A DNA stretch of 64,000 nucleotides from Bacillota bacterium (GCA_029552125.1 JAKPEE010000069.1:93641-157640), one strand, 5' to 3'. Shown: positions 49,394-59,772, counted from the first letter of the stretch. Program-made: numbers and translations. Notes: generated by a model from the letters alone, not told the origin.

Positions 49394-49414
49394 GCGGGGG
49401 CAACCCCGCTTTTT
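49394..49414 (+). terminator. Hairpin plus U-tract between rpsO and pnp; the classic rpsO terminator/pnp attenuator.
   Basis: GCGGGG-gcaa-CCCCGC followed by TTTTT. Confidence 0.6.
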
Positions 49415-49459
49415 ACATGGAACGTGTAGCAATGCATGACGAAGGGGGTAAGACTTGGA

Positions 49460-51613
49460 TTGGAAACATTGACCATGGAGCTGGCAGGTAGAACCCTCTC
49501 CCTGGAAACAGGCCGGTTGGCCAAGCAGGCAGGGGGCGCAGTCTTTATCCGCTATGGCGACACCGCGCTTCTGGTTACCGCAACCATGTCCAACGAACCG
49601 CGGGAAGGGATAGATTTTTTCCCGCTGACTGTAGATTACGAAGAGAGGCTTTATGCCGTGGGACGCATCCCCGGGGGCTTTATCAAGAGGGAAGGGCGGC
49701 CAACTGAAAAAGCAATCCTGAACGCCCGGTTGACCGACCGCCCTCTGAGACCGCTGTTTAACAAGGCGCTGCGCAACGCGGTCCATATTGTAGCCACAGT
49801 ATTATCGGTAGATCAGGATTGCGCCCCGGAGATACTGTCCATTATCGGAGCCTCGGCCGCTGTCTCGATTTCCAGGATTCCGTTTGACGGCCCCGTCGGT
49901 GCGGTAATCATGGGTTTAGTTGACGGTGAACCGGTGGTCAATCCCACCGTGGAGCAGTCGCGCCGGAGCAAACTACACCTGGTGGTGGCCGGAACTAAAG
50001 ATGCGGTCATGATGGTTGAAGCCGGGGCGGATGAAGTACACCGTGATGATATTTTACGCTGTATCGAAGCCGGGCATCAGGTAATCAAGCAAATTGTCGA
50101 GCTGCAGGAAGAGCTGGTCGCCCGGGTAGGCCTGCCTAAAATTGAGGTGACGGCGGCTGAACCGGATCCTGAAATGGTGGACAAGGTTTCACCTTTTATC
50201 CGGGACAGAATCAATGAAGCTCTCCGTATTCATGAAAAGCAGGAACGTGAAGAACGGCTTAACGCCATTAAGGATGAATTACTGGAAACATACGCCGAAG
50301 AATTCCCGGAGCAGGAAGCTGATTTGAAAGCGATCTTTGAAAATATCTTAAAAGAGACCCTCCGTTCGATGATCCTGAACGAAAAAATTCGCCCTGACGG
50401 CCGTTTACCGGAAGAGATCCGGCCTATTAGCTGCGAAGTATCGGTGTTGCCGCGCACCCACGGCTCGGCCCTTTTTACCCGGGGCCAGACCCAGGTCCTC
50501 AATGTTTGCACCCTGGGAGCGTTACGGGATATGCAAATCCTTGACGGGCTGGGCCTGGAAGAGTCTAAGCGGTTTATCCACCACTATAATTTCCCGCCGT
50601 ACAGCGTGGGAGAAGCCGGATTCATGCGCGGCCCCGGGCGCCGGGATATCGGACACGGGGCACTGGCCGAGCGGGCCCTGGAAAAAGTAGTACCCGGCGA
50701 AGACGCTTTTCCCTATACCATACGCCTTGTATCGGAAGTATTGGAATCAAATGGATCTACTTCCATGGGCAGCGTCTGCGCCGGCTCCATGGCCATGATG
50801 GATGCCGGCATCCCCACGGCCAAGGCTGTAGCCGGTATCGCCATGGGGTTGATTAAAGAGGGCGACCGGGTGGAAATCCTGTCAGACATCCAGGGGATCG
50901 AAGACTTCCTGGGCGATATGGACTTTAAAGTGGCCGGTACAGTTGACGGTATTACGGCGCTGCAGATGGATATAAAAATCCGCGGCCTTTCCCCGGAGAT
51001 CCTGGCCAGGGCCCTGGAGCAGGCTGACCGCGGCTACCGCTATATCATGGATAAGATGAATGAAGCCATCAGCGAACCGCGGCCGGAGCTGTCTCCCTAT
51101 GCGCCCAGGATGATCACCATGCAAATTGACGTGGATAAAATTCGCGATGTCATCGGCCCCGGCGGAAAGATCATCAATAAGATCATTGCCGATACCGGGG
51201 TAGAAATCGACGTTGAGCCTGACGGTCGCATCTTCATCGCCGCGGTAGATGTGGAGGCCGGCAACAAGGCCAGGGAAATGATCGAAGCCCTGGTAAAGGA
51301 CGTGGAGCCGGGCCAAACTTACCTGGGCAGGGTAACCCGGATAGAGAAGTACGGAGCTTTCATTGAAGTTCTCCCGGGAAAAGAAGGACTGCTGCATATA
51401 TCCAACATGGATTACCGCCGGGTAGAGAAAACCGAGGATGTGGTCAACGTCGGCGATATCCTGGAAGTAAAGGTAACCGATATTGACGAGAAGGGCAGGA
51501 TTAACCTCTCTCGCAAAGAGTTGCTGGAAAAACCGGCCGGTTATACGGAGGAGCGCCGGCGCCGCCAGGGACCGTCACGCGAACGGGATCACCGCAACCG
51601 GAGAAAACAGTAG
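49460..51613 (+). CDS. pnp: Polyribonucleotide nucleotidyltransferase (PNPase).
   Basis: Two RNase PH domains, then KH and S1. The start is uncertain: TTG at 49460 after GAAGGGGGTAAG is preferred over ATG at 49436 or 49475. Confidence 0.9.
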   Translation: METLTMELAGRTLSLETGRLAKQAGGAVFIRYGDTALLVTATMSNEPREGIDFFPLTVDYEERLYAVGRIPGGFIKREGRPTEKAILNARLTDRPLRPLFNKALRNAVHIVATVLSVDQDCAPEILSIIGASAAVSISRIPFDGPVGAVIMGLVDGEPVVNPTVEQSRRSKLHLVVAGTKDAVMMVEAGADEVHRDDILRCIEAGHQVIKQIVELQEELVARVGLPKIEVTAAEPDPEMVDKVSPFIRDRINEALRIHEKQEREERLNAIKDELLETYAEEFPEQEADLKAIFENILKETLRSMILNEKIRPDGRLPEEIRPISCEVSVLPRTHGSALFTRGQTQVLNVCTLGALRDMQILDGLGLEESKRFIHHYNFPPYSVGEAGFMRGPGRRDIGHGALAERALEKVVPGEDAFPYTIRLVSEVLESNGSTSMGSVCAGSMAMMDAGIPTAKAVAGIAMGLIKEGDRVEILSDIQGIEDFLGDMDFKVAGTVDGITALQMDIKIRGLSPEILARALEQADRGYRYIMDKMNEAISEPRPELSPYAPRMITMQIDVDKIRDVIGPGGKIINKIIADTGVEIDVEPDGRIFIAAVDVEAGNKAREMIEALVKDVEPGQTYLGRVTRIEKYGAFIEVLPGKEGLLHISNMDYRRVEKTEDVVNVGDILEVKVTDIDEKGRINLSRKELLEKPAGYTEERRRRQGPSRERDHRNRRKQ

Positions 51614-51646
51614 CTCTACAAATTTACTGAAGCTGAATGCTCAAAA

Positions 51647-51688
51647 GGAGCGCCCCGCATTGCGCCGGGTTCGCTTCTTTTTTATTTC
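51647..51688 (+). terminator. Rho-independent terminator after pnp.
   Basis: GC-rich imperfect hairpin (GGAGCGCCCCGCATTGCGCCGGGTTCGCTTC) followed by TTTTTTATTT. Confidence 0.5.
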
Positions 51689-51787
51689 CTAAAAGGGGGC
51701 TGTGCTTCAATTCAGAATATGCCAGTACAGATACGCATAAATATGCAGTAACGATACCCGGCAATTCTATGGGGGCGGTGCATAATA

Positions 51788-52489
51788 TTGTGGCGCAACT
51801 GGCGCAAGGCGGAGAAAATAGCCCTGATCGTCCTACTAATGCTGGGCGGATTCGCCCTGGTTTCGCTGCGAGCAAATTATCCGGCAGAACCGGAACCGGT
51901 TTACTTCGTAGAATGTAAAGCCCCGTTGGTGGCGCTTACTTTTGATACGCTCTGGAGCGGGAAAAACCTGGAGGAAATCCTTGATCTTCTGGAACGGGAG
52001 GAAGTCCGGGCCACTTTCTTTTTAAGCGGGACCTGGCTGCAAAATCATGCCGGTAAAGCTAGATTAATCCTCTCCGGCGGGCATGAAATAGGCAACAGAA
52101 CCATGAGCCAGCGTATTTTAACGGCCCTGGATCAGCAGGAACTGGTGCAGGAAATCAAAGAATTTAATGACCTGGCCGCACAAACCCTGGAATACCGGCC
52201 GCGCTTGTTCAGGCCGCCACTGGGTCTTTACAACGGGATGGTGTTAAAAAAAGCCAGGCAGCAGGGCTGCCACACTATTCTCTGGTCCATAGACTCATAT
52301 GACTGGATCAGCCTCAACAGTCAGGAGATCGTCGATCGAGTAATGGGTGCGGTGCACCCCGGGGCGATCATTGTGTTCCGCCTGGAGGCACCTTTATTAT
52401 CCCAGGCGCTGCCGGAGATAATAAAGCGGTTGCGGGAGGGCGGCTTTAAGCCCTGCACGGTCAGTGAATTACTGCAGGCGGAAGGGTAA
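51788..52489 (+). CDS. Polysaccharide deacetylase family protein (NodB homology domain), YlxY/PdaB-like.
   Basis: TFDT, RATFFLSG and HEIGNRT motifs, plus a TM anchor. Confidence 0.8.
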   Translation: MWRNWRKAEKIALIVLLMLGGFALVSLRANYPAEPEPVYFVECKAPLVALTFDTLWSGKNLEEILDLLEREEVRATFFLSGTWLQNHAGKARLILSGGHEIGNRTMSQRILTALDQQELVQEIKEFNDLAAQTLEYRPRLFRPPLGLYNGMVLKKARQQGCHTILWSIDSYDWISLNSQEIVDRVMGAVHPGAIIVFRLEAPLLSQALPEIIKRLREGGFKPCTVSELLQAEG

Positions 52490-52538
52490 GGTTAGCGTCG
52501 CCTTTGATGCAATAGATTGCTTTGGAGAGGTGAGCCGG

Positions 52539-53564
52539 ATGAAAGCGAAAGCATTCCGGGCCCGGCGCTGGTTTAAACCGGTTCTGGTTCTGGCCCTGCT
52601 GGGAGTGGCAGTTTTGCTTTTTTTTACTTTTGACGACCCCTTGCGCCGCCATTTTAGCGGAGTCAAAAAGGGGGTGCTATTGCAGAACGAACCGATGGAA
52701 GGCCTTTTTCGTTCAGAAGTGGCCGCAATAGTAGCTGAGATGGCCCGGGTCCAGGGCAGGAAGCCCGTGGATGCCTGCCTGGACGAAGCTCGCAAGGCCA
52801 TTATCCCGGAGTTAAATGGGCTCGAAGTTGATCAGGAGGCGACCATCGACCTGGTGTTAAATGCCCCGGCCGGAGCAAAACTGGAGCCGGTTTACTGCGA
52901 AATCAAGCCAGCCTTACGCTGGGAGCATTACCCTTCCCTGCCGGCTTACCAGGGAAATCCACGCAAACATGCCCTGGCCCTGATGATCAACGTGGCCTGG
53001 GGTGAAGAATATCTGCCGCGCCTGCTGCAGGTGCTGCAAAAAAACCGCAGCCGCGCCACCTTTTTCCTCACCGGGCTGTGGGCGGAAAAGAACGAAGAAC
53101 TGGTTTTCCGCATCGCCGAGGCCGGCCATGAACTGGGCAACCACGGTTATTCCGATGCAGAAGTATTTACGGAACTTGATAGCTGGGCCATATCGCGCTC
53201 GCTCCGCCAAACCAATGAAATCATTTATGATGCTGCAGGGGTATACCCCTTATGGTTTACACCGCATAAAGGCGAATTTAACGATCTAACCCTGGAGCTG
53301 GTATCCCGGCACGGCATGCGCACAATCCTGTGGACCCTCGATACAGTAGATTGGAAAAATCCCGGGGTTAAAGTAATGAAAGATAAGATCCTGGATCATG
53401 CCGCTCCAGGAACAATCATTCTCATGCATCCCACGGCAGATACGATCACTCTTCTAGAAGAGGTGCTTCCGCTCTTGCGAGAGCGCCAATTTAAAATCAT
53501 TACCGTAGGGGAACTTTTGAGCCCCTCCTGGCCCCTTTCCGGTGACGTGGGGGCGGCGCGGTGA
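52539..53564 (+). CDS. Second polysaccharide deacetylase family protein (NodB domain) with an N-terminal TM helix.
   Basis: ATFFLTGLW and HELGNHG motifs. ATG at 52539 after GGAGAGGTGA. Confidence 0.8.
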   Translation: MKAKAFRARRWFKPVLVLALLGVAVLLFFTFDDPLRRHFSGVKKGVLLQNEPMEGLFRSEVAAIVAEMARVQGRKPVDACLDEARKAIIPELNGLEVDQEATIDLVLNAPAGAKLEPVYCEIKPALRWEHYPSLPAYQGNPRKHALALMINVAWGEEYLPRLLQVLQKNRSRATFFLTGLWAEKNEELVFRIAEAGHELGNHGYSDAEVFTELDSWAISRSLRQTNEIIYDAAGVYPLWFTPHKGEFNDLTLELVSRHGMRTILWTLDTVDWKNPGVKVMKDKILDHAAPGTIILMHPTADTITLLEEVLPLLRERQFKIITVGELLSPSWPLSGDVGAAR

Positions 53565-53782
53565 CCGTAGAAGGCGGGATACTGAGGCAGGAGCAGTTTA
53601 TAGAGTCTTACCGCTAACGGGAGCCGGAACTAATGAAGGAGAGAGGAATACAGGATCTGGGAGCGTGGAGGCGGGGGCGAACCAGGGTGGGGGAGGCGGC
53701 GGAAAACAGGAGCCGGCCAGTAGCAGCGGCAATCAGGCGGGATAGAGGATTTTGAATTTCCGGCCTGCCAGGTGCCAGGAAA

Positions 53783-53791
53783 TGATATAAT
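53783..53791 (+). promoter_or_regulatory. Extended -10 element (TGaTATAAT) upstream of dut.
   Basis: aaTGaTATAATgcc lies about 40 nt before the dut ATG. Confidence 0.35.
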
Positions 53792-53832
53792 GCCATTAAA
53801 TGATCTACCATACTGGCCGGGGAGTGAAGTTA

Positions 53833-54312
53833 ATGCCGCAAAATGTTGTTAAACTGCCTGTAAAGATTGCCGCGCACGGCCGGGGGCTGCCGCTGCCCCT
53901 TTACGCCACCAGCGGCGCGGCAGGCATGGATCTGCATGCCGCCGTAACCGGGGCGGTAGTAATCGAACCGGGGCAGGTTGCCGCCATTCCCACGGGTCTG
54001 CATGTGGCCGTGCCCGGCGGTTATGAGCTGCAGATCAGGCCCCGCAGCGGGCTGGCTTTAAAAAACAAGATCGGCCTTTTAAATTCACCGGGCACGATTG
54101 ATTCCGACTACCGGGGCGAAATCATGGTCATCTTGATCAACCTGGGTTCGCAGCCCTTTACGATCAGCCGCGGCGATCGTATCGCCCAGATGGTGCTCTG
54201 CCCCATACCGCGCATCGAACTCTGCCCGGTGGAGGAACTGCCGCCAACCCCGAGAGGAGAAGGAGGAATGGGACACACCGGTCTCAGGGGTTTTTCCGGG
54301 AGTTTACCGTAG
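53833..54312 (+). CDS. dut: dUTP diphosphatase.
   Basis: [27 protein letters not shown] and DRIAQMV motifs. Confidence 0.85.
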   Translation: MPQNVVKLPVKIAAHGRGLPLPLYATSGAAGMDLHAAVTGAVVIEPGQVAAIPTGLHVAVPGGYELQIRPRSGLALKNKIGLLNSPGTIDSDYRGEIMVILINLGSQPFTISRGDRIAQMVLCPIPRIELCPVEELPPTPRGEGGMGHTGLRGFSGSLP

Positions 54313-54325
54313 AGGAGGGAGCGCT

Positions 54326-54565
54326 TTGCGCCTCAGTGAACTGGCTAAAAAAGAGCTGGTTGACCTGGATGAAGGCAGCTTTTGGGGGCCTGCCGGTAAA
54401 GCGGATTTGCTGATCGAGGAATCCAGCGGGACGATTAAATCGCTGGTGCTGGCCGGGCAAAGCGGCTTTTTGGGAATAGGTTACAGCGACGAGGTCATTA
54501 TCCCCTGGAGCAATATTGTCAAAGTAGGCAACGACGCCATTATCATCCGCCTGAAAGAAAAATAG
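54326..54565 (+). CDS. YlmC/YmxH-family sporulation protein (PRC-barrel).
   Basis: A 79-aa sequence MRLSELAKKELVDLDEGSFWGPAGKADL... in the conserved position before dpaA. TTG start after GAGGAGGGAG. Confidence 0.75.
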   Translation: MRLSELAKKELVDLDEGSFWGPAGKADLLIEESSGTIKSLVLAGQSGFLGIGYSDEVIIPWSNIVKVGNDAIIIRLKEK

Positions 54566-54665
54566 GGAGTGCTCCCGGGCGCTCATGGTGCAGAATATTA
54601 ATCCATGTTGGGGAAATAATAACCTCCATAATGCAACCTAAGCGATCAACAAGGAGGATATGACC

Positions 54666-55142
54666 ATGAGCAAAGTAGTCGTCGGTGTCTTTCACGACAG
54701 AGACCAGGCCGAGAGCGCTCTGGAAGATTTAAAAAACGAGGGCTTTGAAAAAGATATTTCTTTAGTGGCCAGGGATGAAGAAAAAGGCGGCATGAGCATG
54801 GAAAATCAAGATTTAACGGAAGGAGCGTTTACCGGGGGAGCGCTGGGCGGGATTGCCGGGTTGCTGGCCGGCGCAGGCGCCCTATTAATCCCCGGAGTGG
54901 GACCGATTATTGCGGCCGGCCCCATTGCCGCAACTTTAACCGGCGTGGTCACCGGGGGCATTGCCGGAAGCCTGGTGGACTACGGTATTCCGGAAGAGAG
55001 AGGCGAATATTATGAAGAGCAGGTCCGCCAGGGAGGGATTCTGCTTACAGTAAAATCCAGCGATGAACACATCGATGAAGCCGCTTCGATCATGAGAAAT
55101 CATGGCGCTGGAGATGTGGAGACTCACCGCTCCTCCAAATAA
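54666..55142 (+). CDS. YflT-like general stress protein with a glycine-zipper segment.
   Basis: N-terminal VVGVFHDRDQAESALEDLKNEGFEKDISLVAR and a Gly-zipper (GGALGGIAGLLAGAGALLIPGVGPIIAAG). ATG at 54666 sits 8 nt after AAGGAGG. Confidence 0.5.
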   Translation: MSKVVVGVFHDRDQAESALEDLKNEGFEKDISLVARDEEKGGMSMENQDLTEGAFTGGALGGIAGLLAGAGALLIPGVGPIIAAGPIAATLTGVVTGGIAGSLVDYGIPEERGEYYEEQVRQGGILLTVKSSDEHIDEAASIMRNHGAGDVETHRSSK

Positions 55143-55165
55143 AAGGTATATTTTTTTTAAAGCAA

Positions 55166-55207
55166 GGGGTCGTCCTGAAGTCCGTCAGGACGGCCTCTTT
55201 TTTTTTT
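55166..55207 (+). terminator. Strong rho-independent terminator.
   Basis: GTCGTCCTGA-agtccg-TCAGGACGGC followed by T11. Confidence 0.65.
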
Positions 55208-55414
55208 ACAAACAAGTTATTAAAGTGTATTAAAGGAACGATGGACACTTTTGTCTCCGGCTAATGGTCAGTAGTTCCTGCGAGAGAGTCCCCGTACTTC
55301 CCACTGTCAAGCCCAATAGCGGTCTCTCACCGCCAGGCTATCGCCCATGCCGGGCGCACCGGTAATGGGTCTGTCCTTTTCGGGCAGCCCCTTTTTATTG
55401 TCCAGGGTGCTTTA

Positions 55415-55442
55415 ACCGAAACCATCCGGGGGGCATATACTA
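55415..55442 (+). promoter_or_regulatory. Sigma-K-like promoter upstream of dpaAB.
   Basis: AC-N17-CATATACTA matches the AC / CATA---TA mother-cell sigma-K consensus. spoVFAB is sigma-K-dependent in B. subtilis. Confidence 0.4.
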
Positions 55443-55474
55443 AAACAGAATCTGGTTGAAGAGCGGCGATCCAG

Positions 55475-56356
55475 ATGCAAAGATGGAAAATTATCATCGT
55501 GGGCGGAGACCGGCGTGAAGTGGAACTGTGCCGCCTCTGGCAGGAGGAGGGGCTGGAGGTGGCGCTGGCCGGCTTTGAAAAATACCCTTCCCTGAAAAAA
55601 GCGTCAGAGGCCGATCTAGCCCAGGCCAATGTGCTGATCACCCCTCTATCCGGCATTAAAGCCCCGGGAACGGTAACGGCAGTCTATGCCGCATCTCAAC
55701 CGCTGCAAATTATGCCTATCTTAAAGAAGCCGGCCGGAAAGTACCTGCTGCTAACCGGTTCCGTGGCGCCGGAGCTGGCGCCTCATCTGCCTGACCGGGC
55801 CTACCCCGTTTTAACCGCGGACAACGCCGAGCTGGCCGCCTTAAACGCCGTTCCCACCGCCGAGGGTGCTATTCAGAAGGCCATGGAGCTGTCCGCTAAA
55901 ACATTGCACGGTAGCAACGTGCTGGTAGTGGGCCTGGGCCACTGCGGCACAGTCCTGGCCAGGATGCTGCAGGGTCTTGGGGCGAGGGTCAGCGCCGCGG
56001 TCAGGCGTCCCGAAACGGCGGCCCTGGCCGAGACCATGAATATTAAGGCTTTTTTTGTCGACGAACTTGTAGATAAGGCCGGCGATATGGATTTCATTTT
56101 TAACACGGCGCCGGCCCTACTGTTAAACGAGCCGGTGTTGAAAACTTTGCCAAAAAGCGCCATTATTCTGGATCTGGCTTCTGAGCCCGGCGGTACAGAT
56201 TTTGCTACAGCAGAAGCCCTGGGGCTGCAGGCGCTGCTGCTTCCCGGTTTACCCGGAAAGGCGGCGCCGTACACCGCCGCTGAAATTCTCTCCCGGGTTT
56301 ACCGGCGCCTGATTTCAGCAAAGATTTCTAGCTTAACCGAAGGGGGGGGAAGATAA
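55475..56356 (+). CDS. dpaA: Dipicolinate synthase subunit A.
   Basis: MQRWKIIIVGGDRRE start and an NAD-binding GLGHCG motif. The gene order dpaA-dpaB-dapA matches spoVFA-spoVFB. Confidence 0.85.
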   Translation: MQRWKIIIVGGDRREVELCRLWQEEGLEVALAGFEKYPSLKKASEADLAQANVLITPLSGIKAPGTVTAVYAASQPLQIMPILKKPAGKYLLLTGSVAPELAPHLPDRAYPVLTADNAELAALNAVPTAEGAIQKAMELSAKTLHGSNVLVVGLGHCGTVLARMLQGLGARVSAAVRRPETAALAETMNIKAFFVDELVDKAGDMDFIFNTAPALLLNEPVLKTLPKSAIILDLASEPGGTDFATAEALGLQALLLPGLPGKAAPYTAAEILSRVYRRLISAKISSLTEGGGR

Positions 56357-56949
56357 TGACATCGCTGAAAAATAAAAAAATTGGCCTAGCCATGACCGGT
56401 TCTCACTGTACCCTGAGCAATATTCTGCCGCAGGTGGAAAAATTAAAAGAAGCCGGGGCGGAACTATTTCCCATTTTCTCAGAGACGGTCCAGAGTGTTG
56501 ATACCCGGTTTGGGCCGGCGTCGCAGTGGCAGAACCGCATGGCTGCCATTAGCGGAAAACAACCCTGGCAGACCATCGTGGAGGTGGAGCCGATCGGGCC
56601 GCAAAAGCTGCTCGATTTGCTGCTAATCGCCCCCTGCACCGGCAATACCATGGCCAAACTGGCCGGTGGAATAGTTGATGCGGTAGTGTTGATGGCCGCC
56701 AAAGCTCAACTGCGCAACCAGAAACCTGTTTTACTGTTTGTTTCCACCAATGACGGCCTGGGCTTGAACGCCAAAAATCTGGCCTTGCTGATGAACACGA
56801 AACATATCTACCTGGTACCATTTGGGCAGGACGATCCGCAGGAAAAGCCCAATTCGCTTGTTTCCAATCCCGATTTAATCCTGCCGGCCGCCGCAGCGGC
56901 GCTGCAGGGCAGGCAGTTGCAGCCTGTAATCATTTGCTACAAGAAATAG
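56356..56949 (+). CDS. dpaB: Dipicolinate synthase subunit B (flavoprotein).
   Basis: KKIGLAMTGSHCT flavoprotein motif. Its start overlaps the dpaA stop. Confidence 0.85.
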   Translation: MTSLKNKKIGLAMTGSHCTLSNILPQVEKLKEAGAELFPIFSETVQSVDTRFGPASQWQNRMAAISGKQPWQTIVEVEPIGPQKLLDLLLIAPCTGNTMAKLAGGIVDAVVLMAAKAQLRNQKPVLLFVSTNDGLGLNAKNLALLMNTKHIYLVPFGQDDPQEKPNSLVSNPDLILPAAAAALQGRQLQPVIICYKK

Positions 56950-57017
56950 GTCAATGGCAATAAGAACAGCTTTTGCCAATGTTTATTTTTCTTGATATAC
57001 TTGAGGAGGTGTCCGGT

Positions 57018-57908
57018 ATGACCTCCGTACTTGGGAAAGTCATTACCGCCATGATCACCCCCTTTGACCAGCGGGGTGAAGTAAACTATGATGCGGTGGT
57101 TAAGTTAACCCGCCTGCTGATTGAAAACGGCTCCACCGGGCTGGTTGTCTCCGGAACTACCGGGGAATCTCCGGCCTTAAGCGTGGAAGAAAAGTTAAAG
57201 TTATTCAGGGTGGTGGCCGGGGCTGCAGAAAAAAAAGCCGCGGTTATCGCCGGAACCGGCGGCAATTGCACCGCCGCTTCAATAGAGTTGACCAAAAAGG
57301 CTGAGCAGACCGGAATAGACGGGATTTTGCTGGTTACCCCGTATTACAATAAACCTGACCAGAGAGGACTTTACGAGCATTTCAAAGCAGTTGCAGCGGC
57401 GACACGGCTGCCGGTAATGCTGTACAATGTTCCCGGGCGGACCGGGATTAATATGGCCGCCGAGACCACCCTTAAACTGGCGGAAATCGATAATATCGTG
57501 GCCATAAAGGAAGCGAGCGGCAACCTGGAGCAGGCGGCGCTAATTTGCAAGCAAGCGCCCCCGGGCTTCTTCCTTTATGCGGGAGACGACGCCATGACCC
57601 TGCCCCTTTTGAGCGTCGGTGCGGTGGGAGTGGTCAGCGTGGCCTCGCATCTTGTCGGGCGCAAAATTGAAAAGATGATTGACCTGTTCTGGAAGGGCGA
57701 ATATGCTGCCGCGGCGGGTCTGCACGGGGATCTTCTGCCGCTTTTCAAAGGCCTGTTTATGGAGACCAACCCGGTACCGATTAAGGCGGCCCTTAATCTA
57801 ACCGGCTTCCCCGCCGGGCCTCCGAGGCTGCCGCTGCTTCCCATGGAAGGAGAAAATTTGCGCCGCCTGGAGAAGCTACTGCGCCAAAGTAGTGTCCTTC
57901 CAGCTTAA
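57018..57908 (+). CDS. dapA: 4-hydroxy-tetrahydrodipicolinate synthase.
   Basis: ITPF, GTTGES and the catalytic Lys region (AIKEASG). ATG at 57018 after GAGGAGGTG. Confidence 0.9.
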   Translation: MTSVLGKVITAMITPFDQRGEVNYDAVVKLTRLLIENGSTGLVVSGTTGESPALSVEEKLKLFRVVAGAAEKKAAVIAGTGGNCTAASIELTKKAEQTGIDGILLVTPYYNKPDQRGLYEHFKAVAAATRLPVMLYNVPGRTGINMAAETTLKLAEIDNIVAIKEASGNLEQAALICKQAPPGFFLYAGDDAMTLPLLSVGAVGVVSVASHLVGRKIEKMIDLFWKGEYAAAAGLHGDLLPLFKGLFMETNPVPIKAALNLTGFPAGPPRLPLLPMEGENLRRLEKLLRQSSVLPA

Positions 57909-57966
57909 GCGGGAAGCGATTGAAACACTCAAATATGGAAAAAATAGCGTTGAGGAGGCCTCTTCA

Positions 57967-59679
57967 TTGCGTCGTAAATCTGGCAAAACAGAATATGTAC
58001 AGGTTATTCCCCTGGGCGGTGTCGGAGAAATCGGGAAGAACATGTTTGCGCTGCGCTACGGAGAAGAGCTAATTCTTCTTGACTGCGGATTGAAGTTCCC
58101 TGAAGAAGAGATGCACGGCGTCGATATTGTTATTCCGGACATAACTTTTTTACTGGAAAACCGCGAACAGTTGCTGGGCATTGTCTTGACCCATGGCCAC
58201 GAAGATCATATCGGCGCCGTCCCGTATGTTATCGGCGATCTGAACGTGCCCATTTACGGAACCCGCCTCACCCTGGGGCTGCTGGAACAGAAGCTGGCCG
58301 AACACGAAATCTTGCACGACGTAGTACTGCGCGAGATTACAGCGGATCAAACCTTAAAAATATCCCCCCATATAACCCTGGAATTTTTTAGGACAAACCA
58401 CAGCATTCCCGATTCCGTGGGAGTAGCTGTAGATACTCCAGCCGGTACGATCGTCTATACCAGTGACTTTAAATTCGATCATACTCCGGTGGACGGCAAG
58501 GTGACCGATTTTCATAAACTGGCCGAGCTGGGGCGGCGCGGCGTGCTGGCCGCCCTGCTCGATTGCACTAATGCAGACCGGCCGGGCTTTACCCTTTCGG
58601 AGAAAGAAGTGGGGCGGACCATTGACGATGTGTTCCGCCTGGCCGGCAGCCGCATTATTTTTGCCACCTTTGCCTCCAATATTCACCGCATTCAGCAGGT
58701 CGTCAGTGCCGCGCACCGTTACCGGCGCAAAATCTGCATTGTCGGCCGCAGCATTGTCGGTTCCGTGGAAATTGCCTCCAAGCTCGGTTACCTGGATATT
58801 CCCCCGGGGATGCTGGTAGATATCGATCAGATTAACCAGTATCCCCAGGACAAGCTGGTCCTGATTACCACCGGCAGCCAGGGTGAACCCATGTCCGCCC
58901 TGACCCGCATATCGCTGTCCGATCACCGCCGGGTAGAGATTGTCCCCGGCGACACGGTCATAATCTCCGCCACCCCCATTCCGGGAAATGAAAAGCTGGT
59001 GGCCCGCACGGTGAACAATCTTTTTCAACGGGGCGCTGAAGTTATTCACCGCTCCATTTCAGGAGTCCACGTATCCGGGCACGGCAGTGAAGAAGATATT
59101 AAATTAATGCTGAACCTGCTCCGGCCCAGTTATCTAATCCCGGTGCACGGCGAGTATCGCCACCAGTGTTATTGCGCCAAAGTGGCCGCCCAAGTGGATA
59201 TACCGCTGGAAAATACTTTCCTGGTGGAACCGGGGACAGTCCTGGAGTTTGGCGAAGGAAAAGGGAGGATCGCCGGTACAGTTGCCGCCGGGCGGGTGAT
59301 GGTGGACGGGTTCGGCATCGGTGATGTGGGTGACGTAGTCTTAAGAGACCGCCGCATTCTTGCCGAGGAAGGGATTGTGGTCATTGTGATGACCATTGAC
59401 CCCGGGCCGGGCAAACTGGTCTGCGGCCCGGAAATAATCACCCGGGGCTTTGTCTATGTCCGGGAATCGGAGGAACTGCTTGAGGAAGCAAGACAGCTTA
59501 TTATCGCCAGGATTCTTAAGCTAAGCCGGGAGCAGTTAACCGACTGGAACGCCGTCAAAGCCGGCGTACGCGATACTGCGGCTTCTTTTTTCTACGAGCG
59601 CACCGGCCGCCGCCCCATGATCATTCCCATTATTATGGAGCTTCCTGCCGGTGAAAACAGCGAAGATAATCTGGCCTAG
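57967..59679 (+). CDS. rnj: Ribonuclease J (metallo-beta-lactamase/beta-CASP RNase).
   Basis: IPLGGVGEIGKNM and HGHEDH motifs. TTG at 57967 sits 8 nt after GAGGAGG. The 25-aa extension in the track has no RBS. Confidence 0.85.
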   Translation: MRRKSGKTEYVQVIPLGGVGEIGKNMFALRYGEELILLDCGLKFPEEEMHGVDIVIPDITFLLENREQLLGIVLTHGHEDHIGAVPYVIGDLNVPIYGTRLTLGLLEQKLAEHEILHDVVLREITADQTLKISPHITLEFFRTNHSIPDSVGVAVDTPAGTIVYTSDFKFDHTPVDGKVTDFHKLAELGRRGVLAALLDCTNADRPGFTLSEKEVGRTIDDVFRLAGSRIIFATFASNIHRIQQVVSAAHRYRRKICIVGRSIVGSVEIASKLGYLDIPPGMLVDIDQINQYPQDKLVLITTGSQGEPMSALTRISLSDHRRVEIVPGDTVIISATPIPGNEKLVARTVNNLFQRGAEVIHRSISGVHVSGHGSEEDIKLMLNLLRPSYLIPVHGEYRHQCYCAKVAAQVDIPLENTFLVEPGTVLEFGEGKGRIAGTVAAGRVMVDGFGIGDVGDVVLRDRRILAEEGIVVIVMTIDPGPGKLVCGPEIITRGFVYVRESEELLEEARQLIIARILKLSREQLTDWNAVKAGVRDTAASFFYERTGRRPMIIPIIMELPAGENSEDNLA

Positions 59680-59772
59680 TTCCCGGCAATCCTTTCAAAG
59701 TATGGCGTCGTTGCCGGGAAAATACGCATTAACTATCTAATCAATCTGGTTCCCCGGCCACCAAAGATGAAG

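Noticed and set aside
53542-53745. A 67-aa Gly/Arg-rich ORF in the purine-rich spacer before dut.
   Set aside because: Composition-driven frame with low complexity, no RBS, and overlap with the upstream gene's end.
57892-57966. Upstream extension of RNase J (track start GTG 57892) and similar extended starts for the pfkA, rpsB, truB, dut, dapA, rseP and pyrH ORFs.
   Set aside because: The extensions lack an RBS and add non-conserved residues. An internal start with a canonical SD and a conserved N-terminus was preferred in each case.
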